A stretch of DNA of 64,000 nucleotides, taken from IMG/VR virus record IMGVR_UViG_2061766007_000502; one strand, 5' to 3'. Under the pieces are notes generated by a model that did no database searches, was not told where the DNA came from, and worked only from the letters and a program-made list of their open reading frames with translations. The position numbers and the translations under genes were made by a program. Positions 56,389 to 64,000 of the stretch are shown here, piece by piece. Within the stretch, counting starts at the first letter, position 1. Each line of letters begins with the position of its first letter. The DNA comes from an uncultured virus (IMG/VR IMGVR_UViG_2061766007_000502). Lineage: Duplodnaviria; Heunggongvirae; Uroviricota; Caudoviricetes.

Positions 56389-59300
56389 TCATTCAGTTAT
56401 AAAAATGTTTCCGCCTCCAGTATTCTTTATCACATTGCCGTACTTATCCATACAATACAGTTCTATTGATTGAGAACCAAGTGTATTAGGTCTTACTGTT
56501 AGAATCTTATTCTTAGACTCGAACAGAAGCAATTTCTCATAATTGCTTTGTCTTTCTTTCCAGTTAGTATTATCTTCTATCCCGTAAGTTTTCCATTTCC
56601 ACAGAGTCTTATATACATTATCTTCTATGAGAGTCTTCCCTGTATCTTTATCATAACCGTCCGGATAAGGAATATTAGGCACTACAATCACACATCTGTT
56701 CTATCCTATCGTAACCGGATAGTCTGTGTACTTCCAAAGAGAAGCATCAATAGATTGTATATCTTCCCAAATATCTTTCAGAGAAACCGGATCAAACTTG
56801 GCAATAGTTGCAGAATAAGTATCATCGAAATATGAATTGAACATGAGTTGTCTCTGGTTGTAATTGACAGTAGTGTTCATTGTATAGTATTCATAATTTC
56901 CATAGATGAATATATTCTCTGCTGCATCGCTGTTCACTCTTAGTGTGTATTTGACAGGATCAGTATGTACTGGTGTTATGTACATACTCAAATCAGGATG
57001 AACGTACATACTTGAGTCTTGTGCATCAGAATCGGCATATTTATATACATTGATATTATGAAGTGACTTTATGTATTCTGTGTCTATATTGCCATCAAGT
57101 TCATAATAGCATACAAACTGATTGTTATCATTAGTTGTATTCACATAGTCAAGAACTCTGTATGCAGTCTCATTGTGGAATATTCTCTTATCACCATTAT
57201 TACCTTCAATGCAAAACTTAATCATACTGTCAGACGGGAACAACTGATAGTCATTACCCGAACCACCAGTCTTTGATTGCGGATTCAGATATACATAACA
57301 TCTTCTTTGTACATTGCCGGATGAATTGATAGATATATCATTTACAATAGTTGTACTGCTGTCTATCACTTCTCTTGAAGCATTGATAACATACAGCGTG
57401 ACATTATTTGTAACATCATTTATGATATTCTTATAAGGTCTCAGTGCAGTCAATGGTGAATCAAGTACTATCTTATGATTGGTTCTGTTATATGACTTTA
57501 TTTTTATAGGCTCTTCAGTCTCATATAGTATAGACTGCAGATTATCATCATATAGACATAGACTGACCTATCCGAAATTGACATATATTTCCTGCTTGTT
57601 CGGATTATTCACATTCATAGTCAACGTAGTCGTTGTATCAAAAGAAATAGTCTCTACTGCTTCTGTCATATTCGTCAATATCATATAGTCATTTGCCTTA
57701 GGTGTGTCTATGGCATAACTTATGTTATTGTATGTGATTGTATTGTCGTCTATGATATGTTCTGCATTGTATATCTTGTAATTCTAAGGGAATAATGCAC
57801 TGCTGTCAGTCATAGACAGTATTTCATCAATCTCATCAGTACTCATATCATTAATGCTATGATGATCAACATTACCGATGAAGAAATCATCACTGTTTCT
57901 TGAATGATCCTGATTCAATATAATGTCTATTGACACTCTTTTGGTCTTTACAGGACAGACATCGTCACTCTTGTTAGTGAATATATTATTCCATGCATCA
58001 TAGGCATTGACTGTGACTGTATAGTTTCCGAGTCTATTGACCGGAATGTCAATCTTATCATTTATCGTCACATTAGCATTGACTGCATCAAAGAGTTCCG
58101 TAAAATCTCTCTTAGTACCGCTTACTGGAGTATATGTGTATATTCTCGTTCTCTCTGACTTATATTTGTAATTGACTGAGATTTCCTGTTCACCGTAATC
58201 TTCTCTGTTCGGATCATTGAACTCGATTTCTGCTCCTATACAGTATTTCGGCTGTGAGTTCTGCTCACGGTTCCTGAATTTTATAGTTCCAGATAGTATC
58301 TCAAGGACATATTCATCCATAGTATTGAATGATGCTGTATCTTCATCAGAATTGAGATTAGTCGGCTTGTAACCCTTTATAATGAACAACGGGAGATTCC
58401 ACTTGTTATTCTGAGAGTATATGAACTGCGGAACAGAATTTATATAGTCAGGTGAAAGTGTTATATAACTCTTTGCTTTTATCACTTTCTTCTCACCCAT
58501 GGCATTATCGGGGAAATAGGTGAACTGTACATAACTGTTACCTTCATACATCTGCTCTTCAAGAGATGTCTGCATAACCGTAATAGGCTTAACAGACCAG
58601 ACTATGTTTCCGACAGGATTGTTATCAGAACTCCATTCACCGTTTATTCGTCTCAGATTTCCCTTCTTGATTTGTATTATAGGAAGTTCGCCGGAGTCTA
58701 TCTCTGATATTCTGAAAGAGTCGTCCCAGAAGATGATTTCACCATCATTTACTACTATCGGATTAATACTTGAATCGACAGAGGCAAACTCATACAGAGA
58801 GCCTGTGCTTGCATTATTCAAATCAAGAGTGAACTGATACTCATCAGCAACTGTCAGAGCACCGAGCGGAGCAGACTCATAGACAGTGACAGACTCTCCT
58901 GATACATTTACATTATGCGAAGAGTCATATCTGATGAACTGCTCTATTGACATATCTTTATAATCTTCGAATGTCACTGAACAATATTTCTTCAACTGTC
59001 TTGGATCAGATTCATCCATTCTGTCGATTTCACTCTGCGGATATACAGTATGTGCAAATTCATTAAGAGAACATTGAAGAATGGCAGACGAATCCATAAA
59101 CGGAGTCACCTGCTTGACATTGGGAGTAAACACACCAGTATTCTGAATATCACGGAACTCGTGTGCAGTTGTATATCCTACTGTCTTTATTCTCTCAAGT
59201 ACAATACCTTCACCGTTTATGTCTGATATATAGCAATTGACACCGAGAATGTATCTCTCAAGCCACTGCTTTACTGAATACAGTTTTGCAATCACCTCGT

Positions 59301-61386
59301 CAGTACGGTAATCATATACATTATGAACAGAAGGAATGTCATTGGCATCATAGTAACCGCTGCTGCTGTTATTGCTCTATGTCACTTCTCTGCCGTTGTT
59401 TTCATATACAAAAGGTAGTTGTTCTTCACTTTCTTCACTTATTCTCTGCATATGATATATCATAGACAGTCTGTTCAGTTTCCTGTATCTTTCATACTGC
59501 TCATAATCAATACCGTAGTTCTTCAGTGTATTCTTTATAGGATTACCGGTAGATGTCTCATAGTTCTGTATCGCTACATACTTGGTATTGTCATTAGTAT
59601 CTTTGATGCTATACCACTCCTTGAAAATCAAGTCTTGATAGCCGAGATAACGTATCGCATTGAAGAGTGCCTTGTATGTACCGACATATGGAAATATCTC
59701 ATCATAGTACAGGAACAGTTCTTTGGATTTCTTGTTGACGATTCTCCAGTCTATACCCTGTTCGTGAGGATCCTGTGATTTGAATATATTAGGGAATTTA
59801 ATAGGATCAGGTATTCCGTAATTGCCCAGGACGGTTCTGAATCTCTCATCTTCTCCCTCTGCTTCGACAAAGAACTGTATAGCACCTATGATGAATTCTT
59901 CATCTGTCTCTATGTTCCTGATGAATATACCCATTATATTCTCATAGCATCCTTCTTCCTTTGCTTCAAAGCCGATAGTGAAGAACATCGGAGAACCGTC
60001 ACCATAATCTTCCATCTCATCAGCAGTCATTGTATAAATACTGCTTTTCTTAGATATGTTGAGTTTATCTTCAGTAGTAATGAACTGCATTTCAGAATTA
60101 TCCTGAAAATGAAAATGCATTCTGAACGTCTCTTGATTATCAGAATCTTGAATATTAGGATATCCATATACAGTCTGACCGGTTTCAGAGTCAGTATTCT
60201 CAGAAACAACTATAATGGTCTGTGAAGCAATGAAATCGACAGACACTTTGTCCATATAGTAACTGCCGACATATTTGACATAAGGGAACTGCTCTGCTGG
60301 AATATTATATTTCATAAGATACAATGGAGCTGTCTGTATGCGAGCAAATGCATCATCTTCTATTATATCATCAAATGAAGTCTCAGTCACTAATGTCTAT
60401 GAGAATATATCTGATGTAATACCGTATTGACTGTTGTTGTTTATATAGTCTTGCTCACTGAGTTCATCAAGGAAGTCTTCCGGCACATTGAACGTATTCT
60501 GCTATACAAGACCTTCAAAAGCACTTCTGTCAATAGACTGGTTCATCCTGAACAAATCTATGATATCATAGTCCTGTGATACAGTCTCGTAACCGTCAAA
60601 TACAGTGATGAGCACTTTGTTACTGCTGTAATCAACAGTCTCACCCTGATAGTTATCTGCATCTTTCGTGTATTTGTATGAGAAGAATATAATATCATAT
60701 ACATCATCAAGCCTGTAATAATCACTACCTTCTATCTCTGTATAGACATCATCATTCTCGCCGGTCTTAGTCAAGTCATACAGATAATGATGATCAGCAT
60801 CCTTCAGATATATCTCATGGAAATATTCATTACTATCATTATTGAGATGAATCTGTCCGGGTTCATCGACTACGATGTTCAGTTCATTGGAGATTTCCTT
60901 GATTATGCATTTACTATCATTTACATCGGCTGTGACAGTAAAGTATGTACAATTAAGGTTATTAGCAAATGAATATGTGAACTCGACAGTATAGTAACCG
61001 CCGGTATTGTATTCTACTTTATATCCGTTTGCTTCTGAAGACTAATCATAGTTATGTATGGTAATTTCGGATGTGGCACCGGCTGTGCGGTAGAATTTGA
61101 TAGTCTGTTCATTAAGGTTGCTGACACGTACGGAATATATCTTTCCTGTCTGTATCTAAATTCTTGATGTAGTTTTCTTACTACCGCTGGAAGTACCATC
61201 ATCGAACTTCTCATTAAGGTTATTATCCGGAAACAACTCAAAATGACCTCTCGGATTCCGTATGAATGCAGAATACACCTGATCGGCGGGAATGATTTCC
61301 CACGTCACAGAATACTGCTTCTTCATCAGAATCTCTTTTCCATCTCCGGTAAAGAATCTAAGCGAATCAATTCCTAAACTTCTCAT
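56389..61386 (-). CDS. Large baseplate/tail-associated protein (~1665 aa, TAG readthrough)
   Basis: Six same-frame track ORFs separated by TAG; VGTYKALFNAIRYLGY segment; downstream of gp6/gp25-like genes. Confidence 0.7.
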
Positions 61387-61389
61387 CAA

Positions 61390-61644
61390 TCAATTAATAA
61401 GTTTTGAGTTTTTAGGGAAGACTATAGCATATGTCAGTTTTATCTGTCTGACAGCATTAATGAGATATTCTATGAGTCTTTCAATCTGTCTGAAACTTGT
61501 GTCTGTCCTTGAATTGGCAAACATCTCAGGAGAGACTACATTTTGTAAAATATGTCTCTCATAGTCATAGCCTTTACTCTTATAGTCATCATAAAGGTGA
61601 TCAGTTACTTCAGTCAATGAAGTCTTATTCAATATTCTCGGCAT
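61390..61644 (-). CDS. Hypothetical protein in the baseplate operon
   Basis: 84-aa ORF tightly packed between neighbours. Confidence 0.65.
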   Translation of the reverse strand: MPRILNKTSLTEVTDHLYDDYKSKGYDYERHILQNVVSPEMFANSRTDTSFRQIERLIEYLINAVRQIKLTYAIVFPKNSKLIN

Positions 61645-61669
61645 AGTTGTTTCCGTTTCTTCAAAAATT

Positions 61670-62044
61670 TTACTCTTGGTTAACTAAGATACCAAGACAT
61701 TTCTTCTGGTTTATAACAATGTCAATGACAGCATACTCATATGCAGCACTGACATCATGACCGAATGAAATATCCGCATACACAGTCCATTTGTCTGTGT
61801 TGAACTTGACATACCTTGCAAGTGCAGTATTGACTGTATATAACATCTGCTGTTCGGAATACCTTAACTGAAACAGATATTTCTAAAGGTCTATTCCGAA
61901 ATCATATGATCCAAGCACATTACCCTGTCTTGTTCCGAGAACCATTTTTATTTGCTGAAGAATTTGCTCTGCTTCGTCTTCAGTTTCCATCTTGTCCTGA
62001 TAATTAATATCAGAAGGCAATTTGCAGTAAATTTCCTTAATCAT
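61670..62044 (-). CDS. Baseplate gp25-like protein (one in-frame TAG)
   Basis: ILQQIKMVLGTRQGNVLGSYDFGIDLQKYLF pattern; TGATG coupling to the upstream gene; missing from the track. Confidence 0.7.
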
Positions 62045-63954
62045 CAGTCAATCGGATTGTCAAGTGATAATTTTGTATTCTGTGTGTATGATGTCACGTT
62101 CATATTGAATGCTGAGTTGTACTCAGATGACTGTATTTCAGAGTACTCGACACCGTCTGGTGATGTGAATCCGCCTCTTATCAAAGGCAGTATGTCACGC
62201 ACTTTCTTAGTGACACCGCTTGATGACTTGTAGTTTCTTGTCAGGATAATGTCACCGTACTCATCTATTCCATAGAACCCATTCTGTCCGTATATAGTCT
62301 GGTTTTCTACATCAGCATCAAACCATGCCTTTACCGAATCCACTCCCTCGACTGATTCGAACAGTGCAGTGATATCAGACAAAGGAATCATATCCTTTCT
62401 TGTCTGCTCTATGAAGTAAGTCGATAGTTTATGAAGACAATCTGTATATACAGACTGCTTGTTATAACCTTCCCATAGTTTCATATTGACATTCACTGAG
62501 AAACGTGCAATCTTAGGTGAGAGTAAACGGTTCTCCATAGTGATTATCTTCTGACCTGAGTTCTCTATCATATCAAGTATATTGAACTGCTCTTCCTCAG
62601 AAAGAGTGAACAGTTTCTCGTCACAGTTGAAATAATTGTCTCCGGATGATATTCTCTTTGCAATGTCCGGAATAAGAAGTATATATACCGTATTGTCAGA
62701 AAGATCAGTCTCATCTACATTGTTTTTCGCAGTATTCATATTGTCAATTGCATTGACTACTTTCTGGTACATTTCCTGAGACTCTTGTGCAGACTCGCCG
62801 AGTTCGGCAACGAGTTCGGTCCATTTCTGATACACATCATTATATACATTCTGAGCACGGTCGTACAACACTCTTGCTGCAACATTCGCATCCTTTGTTG
62901 AATAACCCTTTACAATCTCTATTGTAGAGAACATATTCATTCTCTTGAAGAAATACTTGTAGTTCATCTCATTCGCAAGCACTGATGCTCTTGAAACATG
63001 CGGAGCTATCATCTGTGTCAACGTAACATCTTCAGATGGAGCACCGAATATCAGAGACGTGTTCATTTCTATATAGAAATTCTCATTAAGACTAACCGGT
63101 TCTCCGTCTGCAAGATAGCCGGTTCCGGTAATTTCCCATGCATCATCAGTGCTGTTCACGAACGACTTTCCGAGATTGCCTGCAAGTCCGTCTGTTATCA
63201 CATACTCACAGAGAATAGTCGAACCCTCCGGCGGAACATCACCCATGTCATAGTTACCGAAGAAAATATCGATACCGCCGGTAAGACCAGTCTTGACAAC
63301 TACGCCTTTCTGACAATATCCGAGATCAAGCAACGACTTGACAATATCCCATCTCTCACCATTCACATACACATTAATGAAGTATTCCTCTATCTCAGAA
63401 TAGTTTCTCTCGCTGAAGTTGTATGACTGGAGAACCTCACCGGTTCCAGTAGCACGCTGGTACTTCATCACACCCTGAATGACATTTGCATCAATATAGT
63501 TGCCGGCATTCATTGTGACTTTAGCCGTATCAGCATTGAATAGGATGATATATGATGCTCCGTTTATCTTTGAGACAATCTTCACTTTGTTGGGAATATA
63601 ACAAACCTTGCCATCATAATCCTGATTTCCCTGATTCTTGAATTTGAGTCTGATAGCGGCACGGGCAGATATAGGTCTTCCTGACTCGTGACCTGTCATC
63701 TGTGCAAGTCCCTTGATCTGATCAGGGCGATATGCTGTCTTTATATTGAGTCCTGTTATGGAATCTTCTATATAATAGAATATCATTCTGCCCATATGAA
63801 GCACTACGGACAATATCTGTGCAAACGGAGAAGCCATAGTAAACTGCTCTTTGGTCTGATTGTAACTCTAACGGACCCAGTTCAGTGCATCGTCCCATAG
63901 TTCCTCATACTTGATTCTATTCAACTTGAATATTTTTAAGTCATACATCGACAT
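62044..63954 (-). CDS. Baseplate wedge protein (T4 gp6-like)
   Basis: SPFAQILSV, IKGLAQMTGH, IDIFFGN...G.VP, EYVITDG..GN; extends 5' of the track ORF through one TAG. Confidence 0.75.
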
Positions 63955-64000
63955 AACGTGAAAAATGATAAATCCCGATTTTTTATTATTTATTTTCAGA

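Overview
Fragment of a very large, AT-rich tailed phage with T4-like portal, gp25-like and gp6-like baseplate genes. It uses an alternative genetic code: TAG reads through, almost certainly as Gln (code 15). Most 'fragmented' ORFs in the supplied track therefore join into long genes. Many Bacteroidota-type promoters (TTTG-N19-TAnnTTTG) point to a Prevotella/Bacteroides-like host, consistent with a Lak-like megaphage (inference). The left half (1-30.5 kb) is accessory. It holds a Tad2/DUF2829-domain protein, a complete deamidating NAD+ salvage operon (pncA-nadD-pncB-nadE-Nudix), and long structured non-coding regions. It also holds a solitary 1302-aa Cas12a with a degenerate two-repeat mini-array, a SHAEG-repeat fibre/adhesin, a DNA methyltransferase, five tRNAs, and five tandem promoter-sRNA-terminator units. 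The most striking signal is a classical ribosome-coupled attenuator in front of the tRNA genes. It consists of a QHQHQHQH leader peptide plus 1:2/2:3/3:4 hairpins, directly upstream of tRNA-Gln/His/Thr genes that read those codons. The right half (30.8-64 kb) is mainly structural genes with in-frame TAGs. N-runs obscure some junctions. All calls come from manual reading; no searches were run.
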